This document shows positions 25,820 through 37,567 of a stretch of DNA of 43,505 bases, one piece after another (positions within the stretch are counted from its first letter, which is position 1; each line of letters starts with the position of its first letter). The DNA lies in assembly GCA_015485715.1 (NCBI GenBank), contig WFTA01000003.1, forward strand, positions 1 through 43,505, in the 5' to 3' direction. The notes beneath the pieces are model-generated. The model saw only the letters and a program-made list of their open reading frames with translations, searched no databases and was not told the DNA's origin. Made by a program: the position numbers and the translations under genes. Source of the DNA: Patescibacteria group bacterium (GTDB lineage Bacteria > Patescibacteriota > Patescibacteriia > WFTA01 > S139-112).

Positions 25820-26101
25820 TTATTCTTCAACAAATTTTTTTGAGGGAAAATAAAGTTGGTTGTTTATTTTCCATTTATCCACATATCTTCCTATACCGTC
25901 TTGGTCCCTTTTTGCCTGCCTTAAAGGTGTTTTTTGGGACCAGATGACCAGACTTTCAAAATCTATTTTATATCTTCCTTTAACCACTACATATCTCACT
26001 TCATTGTTTTTGATAGCTTCTCTGATAGTTTTTTCACTAACTCCAAAAAGCTTTGCTGCCTGACTTATGGATACTCTGATAGGCATTTTTTTGTCTGACA
26101 T
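25820..26101 (-). CDS. Excisionase/MerR-superfamily helix-turn-helix DNA-binding protein
   Basis: The N-terminal sequence VSISQAAKLFGVSEKTIREAIKNNEVRYVVVKGRYKIDFESL is typical of HTH_17 excisionase-type domains. Confidence 0.65.
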   Translation of the reverse strand: MSDKKMPIRVSISQAAKLFGVSEKTIREAIKNNEVRYVVVKGRYKIDFESLVIWSQKTPLRQAKRDQDGIGRYVDKWKINNQLYFPSKKFVEE

Positions 26102-26122
26102 ACTATTTTCTGAATTTTAAAA

Positions 26123-26163
26123 ACTTCTAGAATATTCTAGAAGTAACTTCTAGAATATTCTAC
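26123..26163. promoter_or_regulatory. Operator-like 22-bp perfect palindrome plus an adjacent direct half-repeat
   Basis: ACTTCTAGAATATTCTAGAAGT (26123-26144) is a perfect palindrome. ACTTCTAGAATATTCTAC repeats at 26146-26163, giving a 23-bp register. The site lies 22 nt upstream of the HTH gene start, in the divergent region shared with the ECF sigma gene. Confidence 0.6.
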
Positions 26164-26291
26164 ACTTTTTTATAATTTTATATTATTTAAAATATTGTGT
26201 CAATAAGGTGAGATTTGCTTTAATATAGTAAAAATATATAATTTGAATAATGTTATTTTGTAACATTTTTCCATTAATTTAGTTATATTAA

Positions 26292-26816
26292 ATGAAAGCT
26301 AAAAACGAAAAATTAATCCTAACACGTCTGAAATCTGGAGATAAAGAAGCATATAGTGAGATTTATTATTTATATGTAGATGCAATATTCAGGTTTATAT
26401 TTTTCAGGACTGGAAACAGAGAAACAGCTGAAGATCTGACACAAGAAGTGTTTCTAAAATTTATAGAGATTGTTGATAAAGAGCACATTACACAGATCAG
26501 ACCATATCTTTATAGAATAGCCAGAAATTTAGTAATTGATTATTATAAAAAATCTGATAGTAATGTTCAGATAGAAAAAGTTGAGTATAGGCTGACAGAA
26601 GAGGGAAAGACTGAAGCAGAGGCAGAATTAGCTATCACGCAAAAAGCACTTTTTAGGCTAAAAGAAGAATGGCGAGAACTGATTATAATGAAGCATGTAG
26701 ATGGTCTTTCTCATAATGAAATCGCAAAAGTATTAGGAAAATCAAATGTATATATAAGGGTTAATCTGCATCGCGCCGTAAAGGCTTTAAAAAATATTTT
26801 AGAAGAGAATGAATAA
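26292..26816 (+). CDS. ECF-type RNA polymerase sigma-70 family factor
   Basis: It has a region 2 (DLTQEVFLKF) and a region 4 HTH (LSHNEIAKVLGKSNVYIRVNLHRAVKALK). Confidence 0.85.
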   Translation: MKAKNEKLILTRLKSGDKEAYSEIYYLYVDAIFRFIFFRTGNRETAEDLTQEVFLKFIEIVDKEHITQIRPYLYRIARNLVIDYYKKSDSNVQIEKVEYRLTEEGKTEAEAELAITQKALFRLKEEWRELIIMKHVDGLSHNEIAKVLGKSNVYIRVNLHRAVKALKNILEENE

Positions 26817-27726
26817 AAAACTTCAGAAAAAATTAAATAATCTATCCAAAATCAAAATCTCTGATGAGGCTAAAGAGAGAGGTTTTGATATTTTAATGCA
26901 AAAGGTGGCAGAAAGGGATGTTGTTTTAAATCAATATGTTGTGAAGAAGGGATTTGGTATTAGTCAGGTTTTAAATGTGATTAGATTTAGATTTGTATAT
27001 ATAGCAGCTGTTGTGCTGCTTATTTTTATTGGAGGAGGGTATGTTCAAAGTCAGATAGACAATTCATTACCTGATAATGAGTCTTTATATACTGTAAAGA
27101 GGGCACTGGAGAAGGCACAGGTAACTTTAAGTTTTAATTCTGACAAAAAAGCTCAGGTGATGGTTGGGTTTTTGGATAAAAGAGCAAAGGAAATAAATAA
27201 AATATTAGAGAAACCAGATAAAAATGTTGCCAAAAAGGTGGGTAAAGCAATACAAACCACCAAAGATGATGTAGAAAATATTAAAAAATATTTGGATAAA
27301 AAGGATAATAGTGCAATCCAAGATAAAGCAAGGGAAAAAGCTCTGGAGTTTAAGATAGTATTGGAGAATATAGTTGACAGTCTCCCTGAAGAAGTAGAAG
27401 ACGAGCTTAAAAAAGAAATTGATGCACTGAATAAGGAGCTGGGTTCTATTATAAAAGAAGAAAATGATAATAATCAGGAGAGTGATGCAGAGCAATCTCT
27501 GGAAGGACAGGATGGTCAGGATGAAAACGGTGATTTTGATGTTGTGACCAGCAAACCAACTACAACAACAAGTACATTACCAGCAGATTTGGATTTAGAG
27601 CAGGAGAATGACGAGAAATCAACATCTACATCAGATGAAACTGGTGTTGGAGAACAGAAAGATAATGAAGATCAGGAGGAATTTTCAGTGGAAAAGGATA
27701 CATTTGAGGTATATATAGGAAAGTAG
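26809..27726 (+). CDS. Anti-sigma-like single-pass membrane protein with a DUF5667-type domain and an acidic C-terminal tail
   Basis: It overlaps the sigma gene by 8 nt and has one TM. The segment NESLYTVKRALEKAQVTLSFNSDKKAQVMVGFLDKRAKEI resembles DUF5667. The tail is rich in Asp, Glu and Thr. Confidence 0.65.
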   Translation: MNKKLQKKLNNLSKIKISDEAKERGFDILMQKVAERDVVLNQYVVKKGFGISQVLNVIRFRFVYIAAVVLLIFIGGGYVQSQIDNSLPDNESLYTVKRALEKAQVTLSFNSDKKAQVMVGFLDKRAKEINKILEKPDKNVAKKVGKAIQTTKDDVENIKKYLDKKDNSAIQDKAREKALEFKIVLENIVDSLPEEVEDELKKEIDALNKELGSIIKEENDNNQESDAEQSLEGQDGQDENGDFDVVTSKPTTTTSTLPADLDLEQENDEKSTSTSDETGVGEQKDNEDQEEFSVEKDTFEVYIGK

Positions 27727-27789
27727 TTGTTTGAATGAATTGAATTTGTGGATTAGTAGATTGAAAACAGTATTATTTTTTGGTATAAA

Positions 27790-27835
27790 AATTAAGAGGT
27801 AAAGGTCGACTATGCTATTGCCTCTTAATTTTTGG
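27790..27835 (+). terminator. Stem-loop with a T-tract, a probable terminator of the sigma/anti-sigma operon
   Basis: AATTAAGAGG (27790-27799) pairs with CCTCTTAATT (27821-27830), followed by TTTGG. The 21-nt loop is large and contains AAAGGTCGAC. Confidence 0.5.
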
Positions 27836-27874
27836 AAGTTTTACAAACAAAAATAAAAATTAAGAAGATTTAAA

Positions 27875-27933
27875 AGCACTGCGGCCTTTTCAGGCAAAAG
27901 GTCGACCAACTGGAAAAGTTGGTAAGCAGTGCT
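27875..27933 (+). other. Compact three-stem (Y-shaped) predicted structure upstream of the large surface-protein gene
   Basis: P1 is AGCACTGC (27875-27882) paired with GCAGTGCT (27926-27933). P2 is CCTTTT (27885-27890) paired with AAAAGG (27896-27901). P3 is CCAACT (27906-27911) paired with AGTTGG (27917-27922). Confidence 0.35.
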
Positions 27934-28007
27934 AAGTATAATTTATTAAATAGAAGTTATGAAATACAGCAAATGCTGTATGGATTAGCTTCTATAAGAT
28001 CAGATAA

Positions 28008-31000
28008 ATGAACACATTAAAATTCAGGAGATTAGTAGTATATACACTAATTGCCGCTTTACTTGCCTGGACCGCAGCAGTGTATGCTGTAAATTTTGCA
28101 CAGGTAGCCAGAGCAGCATCTCCGGGCGATCTTATTAAGATGGACGGAAATCCTGCTGTTTACTATCTGGGGTCTGACCTTAAAAGATATGTCTTCCCAA
28201 ACGAGAAGACATTTATGACATGGTATTCTGATTTCTCTTCAGTTGTGACTGTATCTCAGTCAGAGCTGGAGTCATATCCAATTGGAGGAAATGTCACATA
28301 CAGACCCGGTACCAGACTGGTAAAGATTACAACCGATCCAAAAGTATATGCAGTTGAACCGGGCGGAGTTTTGAGATGGGTTACAACTGAGCAAATCGCT
28401 CAGGATCTCTATGGCTCCAACTGGAATCAAAGAATTGATGATGTACCAGATCCTTTCTTTGTAAACTATACAGTGGGATCTGATATTACATCATCCACCT
28501 ATCCAACAGGAACATTGGTTAAAAAAGCAGGAGAGTCAACTATCTACTACATAGAGAACGGTCAGAAGAGAGCATTTGCAGATGAGTCTGCATTTATGGC
28601 CAACAACTTCAGATACTCTGATGTTGTAGAGACATCAATGGATTTGTCAGTGTATCCTGATGGAACACCTATTACAGGTGCAGAACCTGCTCTTATAACT
28701 GTAGCAGGACCTGAGGTATCAGCTCCATCTACTGTTGGCACCTTATCAGTTGCTCTTGCACCTGATACACCATCAGCAGGTGTAGTGGTACCAAATGCTG
28801 CCAGAGTACCATTTACAACTGTCATGTTTACAGCACAGGGCAGTGATATAACTATTGACAGCATTACAGTAGAGAGAGTTGGTCTTGCAAGCGACAGTAA
28901 TTTTACAGATGTAATTTTGATTGATGAGGATACTGATTCACAGATCGGAAATGAAAAGAGCCTTGGCTCAACCCATACAGCAACCTTTAATGATGACATA
29001 GTAGTTAAGGCAGGAACCTCCAAAAAGGTAACAGTAGCTGCTAATATGGCAAGCGCTCTTATGGGTGGCGAAGTCGCTGCATTTGCAGTAAAAGAAGTCA
29101 AGGTAAAAGGATCAGCAAGTGTATCTGGAAACTTGCCTGTAACAGGAAATTCCATGACAATGAATTCTACCTTGTCAATCGGATCATTGACTGTTGCTCA
29201 AGGCGGTCTTAATCCTTCTGCATCTACACAGAAGATTGGAACCAATGATTATATCCTTTCATCTGTAAGGATGACAGCAGGATCTGTAGAAGATATACAG
29301 GTTGAAAGAGTAAGATTCTACAACAATGGTACTGCATCTGATTCAGATGTAGCCAATTTTGATCTCTTGGTAGATGGTACAGTGGTTGCAAGTGTTGCTT
29401 CTATGAGCAACAAAGAAGTTGTGTTTGACCTCTCTGCAAACCCTGTAGTCATCACCAAGGGAACAAACAAAGAGTTCTCTCTGAGAGCTGATTTGGTGAA
29501 CGGATCAGGAAGAACAGTATCTATGGATTTTGAGAAGAAAACTGATGTAAAAGCCAAGGGTAAAACTTATGGTTTCTACATCACACCACAATATCCAAAC
29601 AGCACAGCACCATACTTTAATGCAAATGACACCACCATTGCTGCAGGATCACTCAATGTATCCAAAGGCACAATTTCAAGCCTTAATGTAGCAGAGGGTG
29701 CCACTCAGCAGACACTTGGTGCATTTAAGTTCAATGCTCAAGGAGAGCCTGTCAGGATCGATCAGCTGGTATTAAATGTTACAGTATCAGGTACTGGTAA
29801 TGCAGCTGATATTACTAACCTGACAGTATATGATCCAAATGGAGTTGTGGTAGCTGGTCCGGTTGATCCAAGCTCATCCACCAATCAGGCTACAACAACT
29901 GATTCATTTGTGGTACCTGTTGGTGTTCACACCTATGTTGTAAAGGGTGACTTGAACACTGACTTTGGTGCAAATGACACCATCAGACTCTCCATAGCAA
30001 CACCTGCATCCAAGATTACAGCCAAGGGTGAGGTAACTAATAGAACTTTGACACCATCACCATCCTCTGCAGTTAATGGTGATACTGTTACTGTAAAGGT
30101 TGGTTCGCTCAAAGTTTCTACCTCATCTACACCATCTGCACAGACTGTGATCATTGGTAAGCAGAATTTCACCTTTGCCAACTTCATCCTTGATGCAAGT
30201 GATTCAGGTGAAGATGTAAAGGTGACCCAGATGGCCATAGTTCACAAGACATCTGGTGGTGATGAGGCAGATATTGCCAACTTGCAGCTGTATGATGGAT
30301 CCACACCGCTTGATCCAATTGTCCAGCCTGCATCAGTGGCAGGAAATACTGCTACAACCACATTCACCTTTACAACACCTGTTGTTGTTCCAAGAGGAAC
30401 ATCCAAGACACTTACACTCAAAGGTGATGTAAACAGCGGTTCCAATGGTGATACACACAGCTTTGGATGTGTTTCATCCTCATGTGTAACAGCTGTTGGT
30501 GCTGACACCGGCAACTCAATTACACCAAGTGTGACCAATTCAGACGGTCAAACAATGACTTTGGCATCCAGTGGTACACTGACAGTTCAGACTGATGCAT
30601 CAACACCATCATCTGATCTGCTCATTGCTGGATCAAACAAAGTCACTATCGGTGTATTGAGGCTTACAGCTGCCAATGAGGACCTTGATCTTACATCCAT
30701 TGCATTCCATGTGGCAGGAGTGAATTCTGGAAGCCAGATCGATGAGATATCCAAGCTTTATCTGTATGATGGATCAACACAGGTTGCATCACTTACACCT
30801 ACATCTACAGGTTCATCAGCAACCTCTACCTTTGTAATTTCTGAGGGTTCATTTAGAATACCTCAGGGTTCAACAGGTAAGAAGTTGACTGTAAAAGCTG
30901 ATCTGGCACCTATCCAGACAGGATCACCAGCAGAGGCTGGTAGAGGATTCAGACTACATGTCTATCAGGATGCATATTCTGCCAAGGGTGTATCATCAGG

Positions 31001-31679
31001 AGCTAAACTGGCTCAGAGTGCAATGTCAGGTACATTCAGCAGTGGCCAGTTCAATGTGTTCAAGAGCTTGCCAACTGTGTCAGTTGTAGCTCTTGGATCC
31101 AGTACTTTGAACAATGGCTCAGATGTTGAGCTCTTCAAGTTCAAGGTAACAGCTGACTCCAACGGCGACATCGGATTCTACAAGGCTACATTTGACATTG
31201 CAACAAGTGTTGCAACTGTGACACAGTTCAAGTTCTTCGAGTACAACGAAGACGGAGTGACTGGTGAGGTTGACCTGACATATGATGGATCAGTAGGAGT
31301 CAATGAGACAATTACTGCTTCCACATTCTCACCCGGTCAGGGAGGAACACACAGGCTTAACTTGGTGGTAAATGACAGTACAGCTGGTTCTGCAAATTAC
31401 AGAACTATAGCTGCTGGATCTACCAAGCTCTATGTGCTCAAGGGTAATGTTGCAAATGCTGTATCTGGTTCCTCTGTATCTGTAAGACTCGTTGGTGACA
31501 ATGCATTCCCGTCTACATATCCTGATACAGCAGCAAATGTAGACGCTGACACCAACGACTCATTCATCTGGACTGACTTTAATGGTAATGATTACTCAAC
31601 ATCAGCGCCATCAACAGCCCAGTGGTTCAACGGATACAGAGTATTCTCTACAACTACAAGCCAGACCTTGAGCAAGTAG
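28008..31679 (+). CDS. Large secreted/cell-surface protein (S-layer- or adhesin-like), with three N-terminal ~60-aa repeats and at least six beta-sandwich-like modules
   Basis: It has a signal/anchor sequence (LIAALLAWTAAVYAVNFAQVARA). Repeated module cores are VVKAGTSKKVTVAANM, VVITKGTNKEFSLRADL, FVVPVGVHTYVVKGDL, VVVPRGTSKTLTLKGDV, FRIPQGSTGKKLTVKADL and IAAGSTKLYVLKGNV. The protein is rich in Thr, Ser, Val, Ala and Gly and has only two Cys. A strong terminator follows. Confidence 0.8.
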   Translation: MNTLKFRRLVVYTLIAALLAWTAAVYAVNFAQVARAASPGDLIKMDGNPAVYYLGSDLKRYVFPNEKTFMTWYSDFSSVVTVSQSELESYPIGGNVTYRPGTRLVKITTDPKVYAVEPGGVLRWVTTEQIAQDLYGSNWNQRIDDVPDPFFVNYTVGSDITSSTYPTGTLVKKAGESTIYYIENGQKRAFADESAFMANNFRYSDVVETSMDLSVYPDGTPITGAEPALITVAGPEVSAPSTVGTLSVALAPDTPSAGVVVPNAARVPFTTVMFTAQGSDITIDSITVERVGLASDSNFTDVILIDEDTDSQIGNEKSLGSTHTATFNDDIVVKAGTSKKVTVAANMASALMGGEVAAFAVKEVKVKGSASVSGNLPVTGNSMTMNSTLSIGSLTVAQGGLNPSASTQKIGTNDYILSSVRMTAGSVEDIQVERVRFYNNGTASDSDVANFDLLVDGTVVASVASMSNKEVVFDLSANPVVITKGTNKEFSLRADLVNGSGRTVSMDFEKKTDVKAKGKTYGFYITPQYPNSTAPYFNANDTTIAAGSLNVSKGTISSLNVAEGATQQTLGAFKFNAQGEPVRIDQLVLNVTVSGTGNAADITNLTVYDPNGVVVAGPVDPSSSTNQATTTDSFVVPVGVHTYVVKGDLNTDFGANDTIRLSIATPASKITAKGEVTNRTLTPSPSSAVNGDTVTVKVGSLKVSTSSTPSAQTVIIGKQNFTFANFILDASDSGEDVKVTQMAIVHKTSGGDEADIANLQLYDGSTPLDPIVQPASVAGNTATTTFTFTTPVVVPRGTSKTLTLKGDVNSGSNGDTHSFGCVSSSCVTAVGADTGNSITPSVTNSDGQTMTLASSGTLTVQTDASTPSSDLLIAGSNKVTIGVLRLTAANEDLDLTSIAFHVAGVNSGSQIDEISKLYLYDGSTQVASLTPTSTGSSATSTFVISEGSFRIPQGSTGKKLTVKADLAPIQTGSPAEAGRGFRLHVYQDAYSAKGVSSGAKLAQSAMSGTFSSGQFNVFKSLPTVSVVALGSSTLNNGSDVELFKFKVTADSNGDIGFYKATFDIATSVATVTQFKFFEYNEDGVTGEVDLTYDGSVGVNETITASTFSPGQGGTHRLNLVVNDSTAGSANYRTIAAGSTKLYVLKGNVANAVSGSSVSVRLVGDNAFPSTYPDTAANVDADTNDSFIWTDFNGNDYSTSAPSTAQWFNGYRVFSTTTSQTLSK

Positions 31680-31730
31680 TTGTTCCTCTCAGCTGGTTTA
31701 TCTAGCGTCAGCTGGATATAACCAGACCTT

Positions 31731-31762
31731 AATCCCGCCCCTTAAAGGGGCGGGATTTTTTT
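31731..31762 (+). terminator. Strong intrinsic terminator
   Basis: AATCCCGCCCC-ttaa-AGGGGCGGGATT is followed by T7. Confidence 0.9.
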
Positions 31763-31790
31763 GTGTAAGTTTAGTTAATTGTGGTATAAT
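31761..31790 (+). promoter_or_regulatory. Candidate extended -10 promoter for the beta-CASP RNase gene
   Basis: TTGTGT (31761-31766), an 18-nt spacer, then TGgTATAAT (31782-31790). Confidence 0.45.
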
Positions 31791-31815
31791 AAATAATAAT
31801 TAATTTGTTTTATAT

Positions 31816-33225
31816 ATGAAAATAACATTTAATGGTGCAGCGGGTGAGGTAACAGGATCCAGACACCTTGTCCAGACATCAAATACTAAATTTTTACTTG
31901 ATTGTGGATTTTTTCAGGGAAAAAGAAGGCCAACCAGAAAGCTAAATGCCTCTTTTTATTTTGATCCGCAGGATATTGATTTTGTGGTGTTGTCACATGC
32001 TCATCTGGATCACTGTGGCGCTCTGCCGCTTTTGGTAAACAGAGGATTTTCAGGCCCTATCTATGCTACACACCCAACTAAAGATGTTGCAAGACAAATG
32101 CTGAGGGATTCAGCAGGAATACAGGAGAGTGATTATAAGTTTATGAAAAAACACAGGATACCCGGCGCCCAAACTTTGGCTAAACCTTTATATACCCTCA
32201 AGGATATTCCCAAGACTATAAGAAGGTTTAGAACTTTTTCATATATAAGGCAGGAAAATGTATGGCATAAAATCCACCCAAATGTTAATTTGAAATTTTA
32301 CGATGCAGGACATATTTTGGGGTCAGCTGTATCTGTGTTGGATATAAATGATAATGGAAGAAAGATTAGATTGGCTTATACTGGTGATTTGGGTAGAAAA
32401 CACACTCCTCTTCTGCATAATCCTGCTTATATCAGAGATAAGGTGGATGTGATGATTGTGGAGTCTACTTACGGCGGTATCAAACATAGAAATCTGGATG
32501 AGGCATATAAAGAACTTACAGAGATTGTGCAATATGTTTATGAAAACAAGTCAAAACTGATTGTTCCTGCTTTTGCTCTTGGCAGAACACAGCTTTTTGT
32601 GTATATGCTCCACCATCTTATGGATACGGGTTTAATCCCCAAGATTCCTGTTTATGTAGACAGTCCATTAGCTGGCAGAGTTACAGAAGTTTTTACCAAG
32701 TACAGAGACGATTATGATATAGAGTCAAAGCTGGATTTTCCCCGTAAGGGAGATTATCCTTTGTTTTTTAGGACATTGAGGTATACCAAATCCAGAGATG
32801 AGTCTAAGATGCTAAACAACATTCAAGGTCCTGTGGTTATAATATCTGCATCCGGTATGGTAGAAAACGGAAGAATTTTACATCACTTAAAACACAGTTT
32901 AAGAAATCCTAAGAATGTAATCCTTATCACAGGATATCAGGCCAGAGATACACTTGGCAGAAAATTACTTGAAGGCTGGGAAAGGGTAAAAATCTTTGGA
33001 AGATGGTATAAGGTAAATGCCAGGATAAAGGTTCTGAATGAGTTGTCAGCACATGCAGACGGAGAAGATCTAACAGATTATATACTTAAAACCAAAGGTG
33101 TAAAAAAGGTTTTTCTGGTGCACGGAGAAGAAGACAGATCTCAAGCACTTAGGCAAAATATTTTAAAGAGAAATAAAAATATTGAAGTTGTTATACCTCA
33201 ATTTGGACAATCTTTTGATATATAA
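31816..33225 (+). CDS. MBL-fold beta-CASP family ribonuclease (CPSF73/RNase J-like)
   Basis: It has the HAHLDHCG metallo-beta-lactamase motif. Size (469 aa) and the C-terminal ..LSAHAD.. and ..LVHGE motifs fit a beta-CASP/RMMBL architecture. Confidence 0.8.
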   Translation: MKITFNGAAGEVTGSRHLVQTSNTKFLLDCGFFQGKRRPTRKLNASFYFDPQDIDFVVLSHAHLDHCGALPLLVNRGFSGPIYATHPTKDVARQMLRDSAGIQESDYKFMKKHRIPGAQTLAKPLYTLKDIPKTIRRFRTFSYIRQENVWHKIHPNVNLKFYDAGHILGSAVSVLDINDNGRKIRLAYTGDLGRKHTPLLHNPAYIRDKVDVMIVESTYGGIKHRNLDEAYKELTEIVQYVYENKSKLIVPAFALGRTQLFVYMLHHLMDTGLIPKIPVYVDSPLAGRVTEVFTKYRDDYDIESKLDFPRKGDYPLFFRTLRYTKSRDESKMLNNIQGPVVIISASGMVENGRILHHLKHSLRNPKNVILITGYQARDTLGRKLLEGWERVKIFGRWYKVNARIKVLNELSAHADGEDLTDYILKTKGVKKVFLVHGEEDRSQALRQNILKRNKNIEVVIPQFGQSFDI

Positions 33226-33227
33226 TT

Positions 33228-36186
<2,959 letters not shown>

Positions 36187-36187
36187 T

Positions 36188-36778
36188 ATGCCGCTTACAC
36201 AAAAGAGAAAGCAAAAAATCAGGCAGGTAGTAGAAGCAAGACAGAAAGGACTTGTAATTGTCCTTGAAGATGTTCATGATCCCCATAATGCAGCAGCAGT
36301 TTTAAGGTCTGCTGATGCCTTTGGGGTTCAGGAGGTGTGTTTTATTTTTGATCAGGAAAAGCCGTATAATCCCAAAAGAGTGGGTAAAAAAACATCATCT
36401 TCAGCCAATAAGTGGCTTGATTTTCATATTTTCAGATCAATTAAAGAATGTGTAAAATATCTTAAAAGACGCAGATATAAGATATATGCAAGTGTGGTGG
36501 ATGACAAGGCGGAGAGTATTTACAAAACTGATTTTACCAAATATGTCAATATAGCGCTTTTATTTGGCAATGAGCACAGAGGATTATCTCAAGAGGCTGT
36601 GGATCTTGCTGACTATAGAGTATATATACCTATGAAAGGCATGGTAGAGAGTTTAAATATATCAGTTACTTGCGGGATTTTCTTATACGAGGTTTCCAGA
36701 CAGAGAAAATACTCTTTGAAATATTCTTTGTCTAAATCTGCAAAAGAAAAGCTCTATAGAGATTTTTGCAGGAGATGA
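36188..36778 (+). CDS. SpoU/TrmH-family RNA 2'-O-methyltransferase
   Basis: SPOUT motifs are present (LLFGNEHRGLS and IPMKGMVESLNISV). Confidence 0.8.
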   Translation: MPLTQKRKQKIRQVVEARQKGLVIVLEDVHDPHNAAAVLRSADAFGVQEVCFIFDQEKPYNPKRVGKKTSSSANKWLDFHIFRSIKECVKYLKRRRYKIYASVVDDKAESIYKTDFTKYVNIALLFGNEHRGLSQEAVDLADYRVYIPMKGMVESLNISVTCGIFLYEVSRQRKYSLKYSLSKSAKEKLYRDFCRR

Positions 36779-36871
36779 TCTTATTTATCATTGATTTAAT
36801 TCAAAAAAATCCCCATATATCGCCCGGGGTAATTTATTTCTTTATAGTGTATAAGGCTTTAAACGGTAAGA

Positions 36872-37564
36872 TTATTTCCAGTTTTTTATTTTAAGTGCAT
36901 TACGGGCTGCATCCATCTGAGCTTCTTGCTTGGAAGATCCTTCTCCTGTTGCAATCAGGTCTTCATTTAAGTATACGCCTACTTTGAAGTGCTTGTTGTG
37001 GTCTGGACCTGTTTCTTCAAGTACATGATAGGTAGGCGTGATTCCTGTCTTAGCCTGAGATAGTTCCTGAAATTTACTTTTAGCATCTATATATAGCTCG
37101 TTTTGGAGGATGTAAGGAAGCTCGGATACAACATTTCTGAGAATAAAGTCTTTGGCTGCATCATATCCTTGATCTAGGTATATGGCGCCAGTTACAGCTT
37201 CAAAGGCATCTGCAAGTATGTACTGCTTGGCTTTGGGGTTATTATCATTTGCTTCACCTTTTGAAAGCATAATAAAATCCTGAAAGTTAAGTTTTTGAGC
37301 TACTTTAGACAGCATTTTGGCATTGACCAAAGCTGCTCTCCAGTTGGTAAGCTCTCCCTCGGGATTATCATAATGGGTAAAGAGATACTCTGTTACTATA
37401 AGTTCTATTACTGCATCTCCGAGAAATTCCAGTCTTTCGTTATGATGTTTGATTTCTGGGTGCTCGTTTATATATGATCTGTGAACCAGAGCTCTGTATA
37501 GAAGCTCTTTGTTTTTGAATTTAATATTTAGTATTTTTTCTAGTTCCTCAATATTTTTAGACAT
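36872..37564 (-). CDS. rnc: Ribonuclease III
   Basis: It has the ERLEFLGDAV signature and a C-terminal dsRBD (..GEGSSKQEAQMDAARNAL). Confidence 0.95.
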   Translation of the reverse strand: MSKNIEELEKILNIKFKNKELLYRALVHRSYINEHPEIKHHNERLEFLGDAVIELIVTEYLFTHYDNPEGELTNWRAALVNAKMLSKVAQKLNFQDFIMLSKGEANDNNPKAKQYILADAFEAVTGAIYLDQGYDAAKDFILRNVVSELPYILQNELYIDAKSKFQELSQAKTGITPTYHVLEETGPDHNKHFKVGVYLNEDLIATGEGSSKQEAQMDAARNALKIKNWK

Positions 37565-37567
37565 AGG

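Noticed and set aside
28562-30538. Several minus-strand ORFs (79-197 aa) inside the large surface-protein gene
   Set aside because: They are shadow ORFs of a long Thr/Ser/Val/Gly-rich gene with few stop-forming codons on the opposite strand. They have no start context or recognisable features.
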